From assembly GCF_963506605.1 (NCBI RefSeq), contig NC_083278.1, forward strand, positions 75,206,001-75,270,000: a DNA stretch of 64,000 nucleotides, given 5' to 3'. Within the stretch, counting starts at the first letter, position 1; each line of letters opens with the position of its first letter. The notes beneath the pieces were generated by a model. It saw only the letters and a program-made list of their open reading frames with translations, searched no databases and had not been told where the DNA came from. The DNA comes from Zootoca vivipara (lineage: Eukaryota). This document shows positions 12,135-26,049 of this stretch, one piece after another. The translations under genes and the position numbers were made by a program.

Positions 12135-12310
12135 AGCAAAAGCAGCTGTAGATAAAGAGGAGGGAGACTTTCCTCTCTCTGCTTTGCACCTGTCATTTCC
12201 TCATTTTTGGAGACTCTGCAGCTCCCTACTCTGGTTAGTGTAATATGATTATGCTTATTTTAGCAGTGCATGAGCACACTAATACTATGTCTCTCTCTCC
12301 CCGTCCCCAG

Positions 12311-12463
12311 GGTATGGAGAAATATGTGGTTGAAGACACAGAAGAAGCTAGATTAAACAAAGAAAAGTATCCCAGACCTCTGAATATAATTGAGGGGCCT
12401 CTGATGAATGGCATGAAAACAGTTGGTGATCTTTTTGGAGCTGGCAAGATGTTTCTACCACAG
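12311..12463 (+). CDS. MTR: MTR exon 20, 153 bp
   Basis: cccag|GGT ATG...CCA CAG|gtaaag; contains [30 protein letters not shown]. Confidence 0.97.
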
Positions 12464-12648
12464 GTAAAGAATGATGAGAATTTTCTATTAACCTATGAAA
12501 ATGAATGATTTATAGATAATTTAATTACCAGGCCAATAGCCTGTTCCACCTAGGGTGTGCCCCAGACAGGCCAAACTTAGATTCACAAAATGTTTAGGGG
12601 TATGTGTATCCCTGTGTCCCCCCCAGAAAAAGCACTGATTGTATTGTA

Positions 12649-12864
12649 CAGTGGTACCTCAGGTTACAAACGCTTTGGGTTACAGACTCCGCTAACCCGG
12701 AAGTAGTACCTTGGGTTAAGAACTTTACCTCAGGATGAGAACAGAAATCTTGCACCGGCGGCAGCGGGAGGCCCCGTTAGCTAAAGTGGTACCTCAGGTT
12801 AAGAATGGTTTCAGGTTAAGAACGGACCTCCGGAACAAATTAATTTTGTAACCAGAGGTACCAC
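12649..12864. mobile_element. Tc1/mariner (Tigger-like) MITE, right end abutting the gap
   Basis: TA|cagtggtacctc ... gaggtaccac; same family as 39510-39718. Confidence 0.85.
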
Positions 12865-13035
12865 NNNNNNNNNNNNNNNNNNNNNNNNNNNNNNNNNNNN
12901 NNNNNNNNNNNNNNNNNNNNNNNNNNNNNNNNNNNNNNNNNNNNNNNNNNNNNNNNNNNNNNNNNNNNNNNNNNNNNNNNNNNNNNNNNNNNNNNNNNNN
13001 NNNNNNNNNNNNNNNNNNNNNNNNNNNNNNNNNNN
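12865..13035. other. Assembly gap (171 N)
   Basis: Run of N. Confidence 1.
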
Positions 13036-13705
13036 TGGTTGGGTTTCCCCAGCCACTCTGGGTGGCTCCCAGCAGAATAGTGAAACAGAACAAAACAGCA
13101 TTGTCTATATTTCTGGCAGTGACTCTCTTGTCACCTGCTAACTTGCCATTTTAACTAGAGATGCCAGAGAATGAACCTTGAATCTTCTGCATGCAACGAG
13201 TGGGCAATGCCACTGATCAATGGTCCCTCCACCATTCCACAGTTCAAGAAGCTAGGCATACCCTAAACAGTGAAATGGATGCTGTTTTCATCTTCCCTAA
13301 TAGCTACGGGCATTCCTATATTCAGCTTTCCAGGATGAGCAACAATTCCTTCTAGACTAGTAGCTTTCTGGATATGCTGTTATCCACTACTATATTCTGG
13401 CAGGCCAGCCTGCAGCACAATTCTTTTAATTTGTCTAATCCTTGTCTTGGTATTCACTCTTAGTATAGTGGTAATATGTTCACAGGGTTGTTTATTTTTT
13501 TTGTTAATTTATTTCTAGTTATATCTACAAGTTTCTCACAAGCCCCTTTGCCTCACAGTAGGGCCAGTTTAGCTGATCTGGGCTCTCCTTACATTTGCAG
13601 ACAGTTGTCCAATGGTATTCCATTAATCCAGGTATTGATTCACATTTATTGGCCAACAGCCTAACACAGCAAGCCCACAGAGATGGATCTGTGAATGGGC
13701 TAAGC

Positions 13706-13902
13706 CAGTGTTTCTCAACCTTTTTTGGGCAAAGGCACACTTGTTTCATGAAAAAAATCAGGAGGCACACCACCATTAGAAAATGTTAAAAAAATTAACT
13801 CTGTGCCTATATTGACTATATATAAAGTAATTCTCCCGCGGCACACCAGGCAACATCTCGCGGCACACTAGTGTGCCACGGAACAGTGGTTGAGAAACAC
13901 TG
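13706..13902. mobile_element. hAT (Charlie-like) MITE
   Basis: TIRs cagtgtttctcaacc/ggttgagaaacactg; 8-bp TSD GGCTAAGC on both sides. Confidence 0.9.
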
Positions 13903-14112
13903 GGCTAAGCAGCATGGAGGCATGTTAATATGATAAGTGCAGGAGTTTCTAGGGAGCAGAGAATAGGGAAGATACTAAAGTGTATTGTTAATTGGAGGTT
14001 ATGGATAGTCTGGTCTAATTTGCATGATGGATCGAGGTGTTTTTTGTTTAAAATGAACTCTTAGCTAAACACGTAGCTGTAATTGGTTCTTCCCTTGAAT
14101 CTGGGCATCTAG

Positions 14113-14220
14113 GTTATCAAATCTGCTCGCGTTATGAAGAAGGCTGTTGGTCATCTGATTCCCTTCATGGAAAAGGAAAGAGAGGAAAAGCGTGCATTGT
14201 CAGGTTCCACAGAAGAAGAG
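14113..14220 (+). CDS. MTR: MTR exon 21, 108 bp, followed by a GC donor
   Basis: ctag|GTT ATC...GAA GAG|gcaagt; [36 protein letters not shown]. Confidence 0.93.
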
Positions 14221-16345
14221 GCAAGTTTGCACGCTACATTGTTTGGTTCTCTTTAATGATTTTTTTCCATGGTTGTGTTAGAGCAGTTTTGGCCTACAAA
14301 TCCCATGATCCCTAGCTAACAGGACCAGTGGTCAGGGAAGATGGGAATTGTAGTCCAAAACAAATGGAGGGCCGAAGTTTGGGGATGCCTGTGTTAGAGG
14401 CTTGCAGGTTATAGCAAAGTTTATTGTGAGGTAGGTATTCATATAATGCTGGTTGCAGCAATCTCTGTAAAACAGACAAGTAGATTTTCTTTTGGAAACA
14501 AGTGGTTGGTTGTAACATATGAAATTTGCCTTTTGTCACTTTCCCCAATACTGTAAAAACAGATGCCCAGTTAGCAACAGTAGCCAATGTTGCACAGATA
14601 AACTCTGTTGCACAGATAAACCATCATGATAAACTCTGCACCTAATTGTCCTAGACATTGCATGCACTTTCACCAAATACCTTGGGGGGTGGGGGGGTGG
14701 ACAGATATAAAAGCATGGCTTTTTTCCTCAGTGGGGTGAGCCCAGCTTCCCTCCATCTTTCCTCTTCAAATGCTACACACACCTCCCATAGCAAAACCTG
14801 ATCTCCTTGTCCATTTTGCCTGTTCTCATGTGCTTCTGGTTGATGTCTGCCTTTTTATGGCATATGTTCTGAAGAGCTATTTGTATGATTCCACATTCAA
14901 ACAATTTACAAGAGGTTGATTTATTAAACACACACACGCACACGAGACACACAGAACAATTATTTGTTTTTAAGCTGAAAAACTACTTTGGGGAGGGTGT
15001 TTTTGGGCACCGCAAGGGCTGAGCCATTTGTACAACTTCATCTGCCGTGGAATGGCACCATTTTTTCTCCTTGAGGTTAATTCCCAAGAGGAGACTGATC
15101 ACATGACAACAACATGGTGAAATGCTCTCCAGAATGGAACACCTCCTGTTTTTACATACAGATCTGTGCCTCCTTGGGAAGCATATGTCAAACTGGTGTT
15201 TAGTTGCTCCCATATTGGAAATAATCATAGGGCTCGAAAGAACCTGAGGATTGTTGCTATAGCAGGATTTTTCATTCCTAACAAGGGTGAAAATTAAATG
15301 ACAGCAATTGTTCTTGTAGTTCCAATTGTTGCGAGGGTTGTATTGGATTTAGGAACAAACTGAGACTTTTACGCTGTCTTTGACATTTGGGTAAAAAAAC
15401 AGAATGAGCTAAGACCAAAAAGAAAAAGGCTATGGGAAACATTTAAAACAACTGATAGCTAGCTTAGGAGTTCTACTGGAGTGTGCGTCTTCATCTTATA
15501 GGCGTATTGGTATTTAAAAAGAGAAATGTGTATATGTTTACAGAATTTGGCCAATCCTGTATTATTGCTTGGTTGGTGCTACAGAAAATTCTGGATGCTA
15601 TTGCCAGCAAACAATAAGAGAGAGTGAGATTCTGTTAGCCCCTAAATGGTATACATTAACAATGAGAAAACACTGCTGTCCTGCATTAAAATAATATACA
15701 TTTCTGCTGGCATGGCTTCTCTCTGGAGTGCAGTTACCCCCAGAGCAGTAACCATAGTGCCAGAACATCAGCAAATACAGAGCACTGGTTATTATGTTTT
15801 AGAATGAATGGCTGTGCCTGCAGGCTTGTGCCAGGATCAAAAAGGAAAGCTATTTGGTTCTCTGCCCAGTATTAGAATGCTTCAATTCATTTAATGCTTC
15901 AAATGGTCTTGTTTTTACGTAGAAGACATCTTTAAATCAAACGCATGTCCCGGTCCACATTGCAGCACTGTCTGCGGTTGGGTGATTTTCCCCCCTTCTC
16001 CTTCAGTATTTCATTCCTGTTTGTTTGTTGGATTTCCATCACCAATTAGATCTGCAATCATTGCTGGACCGGTCCACTATGCTTACTTGTTTTCTTTCAG
16101 CTTGATTAAATGAGTGTGCTTTTCTGCCCCAGCTGTGCAGGCTTTTGAGTGTTCATGAATACATGCAGAATGATGCTGGATGGCGCAGTCACTTGGCATA
16201 GTCTCGAATGTTCTAATCTCCCCAACCTCTACATTTTAGGAAGACAGAGGAGATTAATCATTGTAGTAAATACAATGTTTCTCAGGGATCAAATATTATC
16301 ATTGCTGCTGCTGCTGTTGTTGTGTTGTTTGTTTATTAAACAGTA

Positions 16346-16526
16346 CTGTATATTCCTGCATATAATACTACTTTTTAACCCAGGAAAATATTCTCAAAAG
16401 TCGGGGGGTCGTCTTATACGCCGGGTCATATTTCTTATACAGCGAGTATCTGAAACTCTATATTTTAACTGGAAAAGTTGGGGGTCGTCTTGTACGCCCA
16501 GTCGTCTTATACGCCGGAATATACGG
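16346..16526. mobile_element. Tc1/mariner (pogo/Tigger-like) MITE
   Basis: TA|ctgtatattcc ... ggaatatacgg|TA; internal repeated gtcgtcttatacgcc motifs. Confidence 0.75.
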
Positions 16527-17179
16527 TAGGTGATGTAAAATATTTTGAAGGCCCAGATTGCACATCATGGCTCCACATCTGTTTGTTTTGAGCCCAGGTG
16601 TGTTCCAGTCATGTATAAAACTTGGGCTAGATGCACCGATTTGGAAAGCACAATGGATGCACAACAAAAAAGGTTCAGGTACATCCTGGACTATGGGGCA
16701 AATAAGCCACGTTGTCAGAACTTCCCAATTCCTACCCCTCCCTGTCCCCCCACCATTGGATTTTGAATGTGATTCCTTTTGAAATAAAAGTGCTGAGTGG
16801 GAAGTAATGTAATGCGGGAGGGGAGGTTCACCTTTCCTCATCCATGCACCTCTGTCTCTTTTTAAAACTGGGCTCCCCACTCTTTGCCATCTGCATGATT
16901 GGGGCAGATGCAGGTTTAAACATCTGGATGCACCATCAATAGGTGCAGTTCGAAAAGGGTTTTGCACAAATTGAGTTAGCACAGCCTTGGGGGGGGGGAA
17001 TAGGTCCTATTTCAGAGATAGTCAATGCTAGTATCCTCCAGATGTGGGAACTACTTGCATAAACTAGCCAGCAAGGCCAATGGTTAGGGGCCATGGGAGT
17101 TGTAGTCAGCAACATCTGGAGGGCACATCCTTGGGTATCCCTCGACTATTGTAGTAGAGAAAGAAGGAACCCTGTAGAC

Positions 17180-17314
17180 CAGTGTTTTCCAACCTTTGGT
17201 CTCCAGCTGTTTTTGGACTACAACTCCCATCATCACTAGCTAGCATGACCAGTGGTCAGGGATGATAGGAATTGTAGTCTGAAACAGCTGGAGACCAATG
17301 GTTGGGAAACACTG
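17180..17314. mobile_element. Hairpin hAT MITE (135 bp)
   Basis: Long inverted arms; 8-bp TSD CTGTAGAC. Confidence 0.88.
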
Positions 17315-17665
17315 CTGTAGACAACCCTACAGGAATGCTATGAAGTATTAGCAGCTACTACTTCTCAATAAACACATTTTCTTTCAATGACCAATGATAG
17401 TAATAGTACAGTAATGGCTCAGACCATAGGTCTACTTAGTCCAGCATTCTGTTGATGGAGTGGCCATCTAGAATAGATGCCTATGAGAAGCCCATAAGGA
17501 AGACGTATATTTGTATACAAAAAACAACTATGCTGCATGATTCGTAAATATTGTTTCTGCCATTAAAAAAGCTGGTAATAACAGCTGCTTCAATAAACCA
17601 GACATTTATACTATACAGATTGCTCAGGTGGGAAATATTCATAAATCCTGCAGATTTTGTTTTAA

Positions 17666-17776
<111 letters not shown>

Positions 17777-18324
17777 TAATTAGACTAGACTTCATGCCCT
17801 TGTGGGTCCCATTTCCCCTCCCCTTACATGCTTTGTATTATCACGGGGCATATTAGAATCACCTTCTTCGAGTGGGGTGTACAGCATTTTGACTAAGCTG
17901 CTAGTTCTCTGAGTCAGCTGTACTTGACAGATGAGCAATTTGTCCTAAACAGAACCAGGAGTTGCAGAGGGATTTGGTTTCCCTACTACCACAGTATTTC
18001 CCCAGTCATATCTGTTGTTTCCAAGGGAAGAAGTTGCAGGCCATGGAATCAGGTTCAGATGCAGGCCAGATATACTTGTCTTGAGCAAATGTGGTAGCAG
18101 CTCAGAATGGGGAGGGGGGGTTGATGGAGTGGTTGGGCAATAAAGTGCTGGGAAAAGGCTGGTGTCTGGCTGCTCAGCTGTCTGGAAAGATTAAAAGCCA
18201 AATGCTGTTCCCTTTGGCCTTCCTAACAGGATAAGTGATCTTCATAATATCTTATAGCAGAAATGGATTAATTAAGCACATACACATGATGACTAGCAAA
18301 GTACCATTTTCCCTCCCCCTCCAG

Positions 18325-18392
18325 AGTTATTGATTTGGGAGTCATGACGCCATGTGACAAGATACTCAGAGCTGCTCTTGAGAACAAAGCAG
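18325..18392 (+). CDS. MTR: MTR exon 23, 68 bp
   Basis: ctccag|A GTT ATT...GCA G|gtatga; VIDLGVMTPCDKILRAALENKA. Confidence 0.96.
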
Positions 18393-19093
18393 GTATGAGA
18401 GTTTCATCACCATTCGTCAATCTTAAAAAACAAAACAAAAAACCCACACATTGAAATTATGATCTTGAATTTGCATTTGAAAGGTTAATTTTCAGTAATC
18501 TTGGGGAAATGCTGAGCAGATAGATCAGTACAATCTCTGGTTTGTTTGAACTTCAATTACTAAGATGCCTTTAGGAGGTTGGAAAAAACAGGCGTGCTGT
18601 GACTGAGTAACAAATAATGGGTTGATCTGGATCTACTGGAGTTTGTATGTTTTTTTTTTTGTCTTAATACTTTTAATTCAGAGGTGTACTGAATTCTTTT
18701 ACCTCCTAAAATGTTACACACTACAGTTGTGTTTTATGTATGTAAAAGATTTGTATACCACCATAAAGAAATCAACGTTTTAAGAATGTTACATCATGTT
18801 ACATCAAAATCCTGGAGGAATAAAAGTATATTTGCTTGGCAGCAAAAACATAACAGTGTTGGTGCCAGGCAGATATTTCATTGATACCCCTTTCACAGAT
18901 TAATAGAGTGCTGAGAGCAGGGCTGGAAACGTGTCTCTCCAGAAGTTGTGGACTACAATTCCCATAATCCCTGGCTGTTGGCCATGCTGGCTGGGGTCAG
19001 CGCTGGCCCAGTCATGAGGTGAAATGGAGCAATTTTCTCAACTGGTTGGGAAAGCAAAATGGTGTGCCCCAACACTCCCTCTGATGTCATCAT

Positions 19094-19167
19094 TGTTGTT
19101 TAGTCATTTAGTCGTGTCCGACTCTTCGTGACCCCATGGACCAGAGCATGCCAGGCACTCCTGTCTT
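19094..19167 (-). mobile_element. Extremely 5'-truncated Bov-B/RTE LINE (74 bp)
   Basis: Matches the 3' end of the copy at 45753; (CAA)n tail; 12-bp TSD TGATGTCATCAT (19082-19093, 19168-19179). Confidence 0.9.
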
Positions 19168-19466
19168 TGATGTCATCATGTGGCAATGCAAAAAACAAAC
19201 CAAGGCAATGGGGAACAGGATGAGGAAGAAAAAGAGGTGGAGTGTGCCACTGTGGAGGATGGGGCAGTGGGGGGCAATGGCACATTCCCTTGTTCCAGCC
19301 CTGCATAAGCCTGTTGGGAGTTGGGCTCTTACAACATCTGGAGGGACAGTGGTTTCCCCACCACTGTCCTAGAACTATGTCTAGGGCAGTGAAATGTTAG
19401 TGAAAACATCTAGACAAGCTGGTTGGCTGGTTGCTTCTTGTTGCTGTTGTCTGAAATGGCTATTGA

Positions 19467-19628
<162 letters not shown>

Positions 19629-21170
19629 TAAGTTGGGTCCTTTTTGGTATGCCCAAAGGAGAAGCAAATGTAAATATGCAATATATTGTTCTCCAGAATG
19701 TTAGGCATCTAATATATGCAATATTATTCTTAATTTAACCCTTTAAATGTAACTTTAGGATAATTAAGAAGACTGGGAAAAAAGGATAATTAACATTATT
19801 TAAACCAATATTTATTAATTAAAATGCATTCAAGTACTTTGTTTAAAGTGAAGTAAAGAAAAATAAAAAAAGTAATGTTGATGTTTCAAGGGGATTAAGT
19901 AGAGGACTTATGAGATATACTGTGAATTTTTCTTTTTTCAGAAGTACGTTTTTGCTGTATCAAAATTAAGACTTCAAAAACAGTTAAAAGAAATAAGCAC
20001 CCTTCGCATTCAGAAGTAATTACATATAAACCTGAAGAACAGAAGACGGTCATTTATTAACCAGTATAATGGGCTTGATCCAAACTGTGCTTGGGTGGGG
20101 CTCTACCCATGGGGTACTCTACTGGAGGAAAACGGGAGGCTATTTTTGAAAATCTGCTCTAAAGGATCTGGCAGGTGGTGCTGTAGGCAGATGGGAAAAT
20201 AGGCAATAAGTGTTTCCTTTCCCTTCCTCTAGTGGGAGGCTCCACTGGATCTTTGTCCCTTCTTTCAAGAGAAGTTTGTGAAGTCTAGATCCTACCCAAT
20301 TGGAGTATGAATGAGGAAAACTGGGCTTGATGGAAACAGCAAATATACCTGCGCGACAAAGTTTCCAAATAGTTTCTTCCAGTTGCATTGTAGTCAAGAT
20401 AGCAATTTATGAATGTGAAGTTGAGACAACTTATTCCATCCTGAATACCATGCTAGAAATACTTGCTGCCACCCACTCTTGCTGTTGCTGCAGCCACGGA
20501 AATTAATTCATGGTTCAAAAATAAATTAAAGTTGGCATTTTCAGGATTTTGCGTGTCAGGATTCTAAATCCTGGCATGAAGGGCTCAATGGACTGTCAAA
20601 AAGGAGCTTTATCCAAGCCTAGGGGAATGCATTTAGAAGACTGGAAAAAAAAGGTTGCTCTGAAGGGGATATGCTGTCAGAAGAGAGACTTAGATGAACG
20701 TGACAGCTGAAGATGTTGGCTGAGAACAGTTAGGCACAAATTTTCCCTCCCACTCCATTCTCGTGCACAGTACAACATTATGTGCTGGAGGGGAAGGTAG
20801 AGCTTAGCAACCTCCACCCCCTAAGTAAAATCTGGAGTGTCTGTAGGCACAGCTAAAGAATGATGCCCAAAAAAGAGGAAATGCAGCAGTGTAAAATTGC
20901 TTCCCTTTGCAGTGGACACTTCTCCCTAAGAAAATAATTCGAAAAGAACCAGTGGTTTTAAAAATATATTCACAAATGAAACTCTGACACTGGCAGATTG
21001 AGGGATAGGGATGCCTTAAGACAACCTCTGCTCCCCAATCTTGACATGTTGTAATTGCCGTGTACCCTATCCTATTAGGAATTAGCAAAGATCTTGTAAA
21101 TAGTGTGGAGTGTGCCCCTTTACGCATTCAGATGGACTATCATTTCCATTGAACATTAGCTTGATGCTGA

Positions 21171-21320
<150 letters not shown>

Positions 21321-22667
21321 TAGTTCCATCTTTAGTACAGGCGGTGAACATTTTCTGCATGTCCAACTGATGCCCCGCGGCTGATGTGAGGGTCATTTTG
21401 ACCCGGAAGGGAGGTGGAACAGGGTAGGGGGTGATGCAGGCTTATGTGTCCTCTGCTGACACGGGGGGGGGGGGGCAGGAACGGAACCCCTGCACAAAAT
21501 GGTTGCTGCCTGTAATGTATTTTACAAAGGTAATATTAATTCTAGTGGACCAGATTTAGCTCATTCAGCACAGCATTATATTTCCATCAGTGACCAAATC
21601 ATTATGCTTCAGGATTTTTTTTCCCCAACAGGGCAATTGAATACAGGCCCCTGCTTTTGCTTTCATGAGGCAGACAGTGGTTTGAATGGGTGTTTGAGCT
21701 TGTAACAGTTGGTACTTGCAGTATCCATGAAACTGAACTCTTATTATACAGTTGGTCATAACTATTTTAAGAATGTCTCAATTTACGCGAGAAAATGTAA
21801 GATATTACCAAAAAAAATCCTGTGTTTGTAAAGACTTCTGTATATCATACCATGTTTTTCTGTTTGGGGTGCTGTTTTTGAATGCTTAAGGCAGTCAAGG
21901 GCTTAATTAAATCTGACTATAACAGCTTGCTTAATGAATAATAGAAATCTCAGAAGTGGCTTGCCTGTGATTTGGAAATATATATTTGATTTGATTTGCT
22001 AGGCTTATGTTTCAGCTACTGCATTTTCAGACTCTCCCCTCTTACAGATGAGACACAAGTCCTCTAAACAGTGTCACTAGGATTTAAAATGGCTTCTACT
22101 GCCTCTGTATAGATTAAATGGTTTTCCAGTTCTGTGGAAGGAAATATTGACACTCCTTACTGCTCTGTAAATGGAATCTACAGCTTTCGGTCCTTTTTAA
22201 GTGGCAGTAAGAAGGCACCCGGGCCTATTTAAAGGTTTTTAAATGGGACAAGAATAAGTGGCGTTTTGCCTTCTTATAAACTTGAGTTTATAGTAGAAAA
22301 AGCTTAAAGATAAACCTCCCCCCTCCCTCCCTTTCAATCTTACTGTCAGAACGCATTCACATGTTTATTTTTTAAGTCTCTGTGTGAGCTCCAGCACCTT
22401 CAGATGCAAGCTTTGTGTGTTAAATAGCCCTCTTGAGAAAAGATAAAGAGGAACCATACCCAGAAGCACTTCAAAGCAATCATATTTTCCCTGGCAGTTT
22501 AACTTCATTTTTATTTTTTCGGCTGGGGGTGGGGGTTATTAGCCATATTCTTATGGACTTGATAACTTCATGAGGGAATTTAAGTGCCTGACTGAGAGAG
22601 ATGGAGAAGTATTGAGTTGCATTACATCACCCTCAAGTCTAATCAGCATGCTCTGTGTTCATTTCAG

Positions 22668-22766
22668 TGCTCTCAGCTTTTAGATGAGAATATAAAGGAT
22701 GACTTCTTTGAAGAAATACAAGAGGAATATGAAGACATTAGACAGGACCACTATGATTCTCTCAAG
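22668..22766 (+). CDS. MTR: MTR exon 26, 99 bp
   Basis: tttcag|TGC TCT...CTC AAG|gtaaag; [33 protein letters not shown]. Confidence 0.96.
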
Positions 22767-22919
22767 GTAAAGAGCACTAACAGACCTTCTTAATGTCAAG
22801 TGTACTAGTCATTAGTCATTACTAGCTTTTCTTTCATGCCATTTATTTTTTAAAAATAAAAATCAACTGCTATAGTTACTTGCTCAGAACTGAAGTCCTG
22901 TCTTTTTTTCCCTACACAG

Positions 22920-22995
22920 GAAAGGAGATATTTATCACTAGAGCAGGCGAGGAATAAGGGCTTTTATTACGATTGGCTAACTGAATCTAAACCAG
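22920..22995 (+). CDS. MTR: MTR exon 27, 76 bp
   Basis: cacag|GAA AGG...CCA G|gttagt; ERRYLSLEQARNKGFYYDWLTESKP. Confidence 0.94.
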
Positions 22996-23296
22996 GTTAG
23001 TTTGCCTTTTAAGAAACCATTTTCTGCCTTATAAGATTACAGAAGATTTATTCTTTTCAGGAGGACTAGCAGCAATTTGAAAACCAATCTTGACTTCAGT
23101 TAATCTGAGTATTTCTTCGGATTTTAGCTTTTTGTCACAAAATGTTAAAAATAATTATTTTAAATTACGGGTGGAAGCCAAATGCCTATGCCACATCCCT
23201 GGAGTCGTCTGGAGGGTTCTGTCCCTCTCTTTACTCTCCCCTTATCTTCCCTCCTTAAGGATTCACTTGGTGAAGTGGATAAGATGATCTATAGGA

Positions 23297-23622
23297 CAAG
23301 GGTGGAGAACCTTTTTCAGCCCACAGCCTATATATTCCCTTCTGGACCATTTTCTGGGGGCCATGTGCCAGATTGTCTGTAAATGTTACCTTTTGTACAA
23401 TAGGCTAGTTTCTACACACGTCCATATAACCTTGTGCATCATCCATCCAGGCAAGCAAGAGGTATAATGGGAGTTCAAGGACACATTCTAGCCAGGCAAA
23501 AAACACTAGTAGGATGCAGAGTAGGGCAGGGAGAGGGTGTGTCCTAGAGAGAGTCCCTGGGATCAGATAGAGAGGCTTGGGGTACCATAAGCAGCTTCCG
23601 GGTCGAGATTACCCACCCCTGG
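23297..23622. mobile_element. Old hAT-type non-autonomous element
   Basis: Degenerate TIRs caagggtgg...cccacccctg; a similar degraded element lies at ~8277-8729. Confidence 0.5.
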
Positions 23623-23870
23623 GCTAGAAGTTCTATCTATATCTCCTACTGAGTTTCAAGTCTAGTACGGCTCCTGCATATTTTGAAGAGTGGATGGCTT
23701 CCTCAGCTTGGAGATCTAATGGAGCTACTAAGTGCCAGCTTCCCTAAAGATTTATCATACACTTTATCAGTAAAGGCTGAAAAGGGTAAGTAAAAATTAT
23801 GAAAATCTGTTTGCATCAGAACATAGTTTTGCTTACGTTAGGCCTATTCATACAGAGAGAGAGCTTGGTA

Positions 23871-24072
23871 AGGACCATAGCTCAGTGCTGGAGCATCTGC
23901 TTTTCATATAAGAAGATCCTGGGTTCGATTTCCGGCATCTCCCAAGTCAGGCTGGGAAACATTCCTTGCCTGAACTCAGGGGAGCTGCTGCCAGTCAGTG
24001 TATGTAGTATAGGGTAGACAAGCTAGATGGCCCAATGGTCTGACTCAGTATAAGGCAGCTTCTTATGTCCCT
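23871..24072 (+). mobile_element. tRNA-derived SINE (Squam2-like)
   Basis: A box tagctcagtg, B box GGTTCGATTTCC, 3' end gatggcccaatggtctgactcagtataaggcagcttcttatg. Confidence 0.75.
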
Positions 24073-24945
24073 AATTTATTAATTAATGAAACATAAAGGA
24101 TAACATGATTCTACGGTAGTTCCTTATAGATACATTTGGCAGGTAGGTTCTAGATATCACTACAGAATATCTGTAGCAAAGGCAGACATTTTGAGTCTGC
24201 TCTTCACAGAACATAACTGTATTGAGGGAGCACTTTTGCTAACTCCAGGCTGGAGACCCTTATCTTCTTAAGAGAAGACATGGATGTACTGTATAGTTAT
24301 TGAAAACTTAGCTGTGTGGTACTGACATGAGGATATAACCTGATTTAGGAATAGTACTAGTTCTGGACATACTGTAGAGCCAAGTCTGCATTTTTCCTCA
24401 ACACAGATTCAGGGTCCAGGGTAAAGTGACAATCAGCAAATGGTAGCTGTGAGCAGCCTTGCATCAAAGCAAGATTGTCTTTTCAACTATGGACATGTAG
24501 AGAGGATTGCATGAGATTTACATTATTTAGCACATTGGGAATGTTCCACAACAGTCTGCAGTTGAGCACTGCAGAATACAGCAGGCAAGTGACCAGTGGC
24601 TTTATGCTGGCATGATTTTTCACATAACAGTGGCTTACTTCATCTGTTGGAGCAAGTTATTTTCCACAAAATCTCAAGCCATCATAAACAAGTTATTCCA
24701 TAAAATTAATTGTTTTGCCACCCTTGCTGCAGAGTGGCACAGCTTACGCTTGAAATTTTAGCTGGTAATATTTAATCAGATCAATTGATATGAGGGAGTC
24801 AAACGTAAAACCAATGGTTGTGCTATAACTTGGACTCATTGGATATTCCACACACTCTTATTCCGCCATCCTTCCAAAGAGGCAGACATTTTCTGTAAGA
24901 TTGCCTGTCTAGTTTAAGATTGTATTTTAGTTGCCATAGTATTAA

Positions 24946-25212
<267 letters not shown>

Positions 25213-25912
25213 TAACACAGTAGCGTTCTCTGGTGGAGAATCTAAAAGGTAGATAGTGTATCTTCAAATTGTGTGAATATGCACAAAGTAGAAGCAACAG
25301 TACACATGAGAGCCATGTTAATTAGAGAGAGATTGGTCAGTCATTTTGAAGCTCACTAATGTGCAGGTGCTGTAGGAAAATTGTGACAGCTAGTGAAACA
25401 TCAGCTTTAAACTGTCAGGAGCAGACGAAAGCAAATAATTCACTGTCCCACCCATACCCCATTCATCTTGGGGTAGATACATGACAAATCTTCTGGGAGC
25501 CACACTGCCATGGTGGCAGGACAAAAGTGGGGGGCAATGGATGTGACTTCCTATATCCCAACACACATTGTTCCTTTCAGACAAGCTTAAAGGCTTATTA
25601 TCCCAGCTGGAGGACACGTTCCAGACAGCCTAAAGCACATATGGAGCAGTGGTGTTTAGGTGGAGGCATGGCTCAGAAAGAGTCTTAAGGGCTGGATCAA
25701 GGTTTGCAGGCCTCATTTGCTCCCCATGCCAAAGGTTCCCAATCCCCACCCTTGGTTTAAAGCAACTAGATCTTATGAAAGGTTTGTGAATAAACAATTC
25801 AGCTAGTTGCTTGTGGTGATTTAGAATCACTTTCAGAAGACCAGGCAGTATTTGACTTAAAAAAAACAACCCCACATTTTTATTAACGTAGGCATGTGTT
25901 GATAGACTAGTG

Positions 25913-26049
25913 CAGGCATAAGCAACCTTGGCTCTCCAGATGTTTTTGGAACTACAATTCCCATGATCCCTGACCACTGGCCCTGTTAGCTAGGAATCAT
26001 GGGAGCTGTAGTTTCAAAACATCTGGAGAGCCAAGGTTGCCTATGCCTG
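25913..26049. mobile_element. Hairpin hAT MITE
   Basis: caggcata...tatgcctg arms; TSD GACTAGTG/GACTAGCG. Confidence 0.88.

Noticed and set aside
11806-12243. ORFs with poly-Arg/Lys and poly-Leu/Pro runs
   Set aside because: Translations of the (CTT)n(CCT)n microsatellite and SINE, not genes.
12794-13101. ORFs spanning the N run
   Set aside because: Artefacts of the assembly gap.
23871-23945. tRNA-like sequence with A and B boxes (also at 11815 and 45220)
   Set aside because: SINE heads continuing into SINE bodies; no complete cloverleaf.
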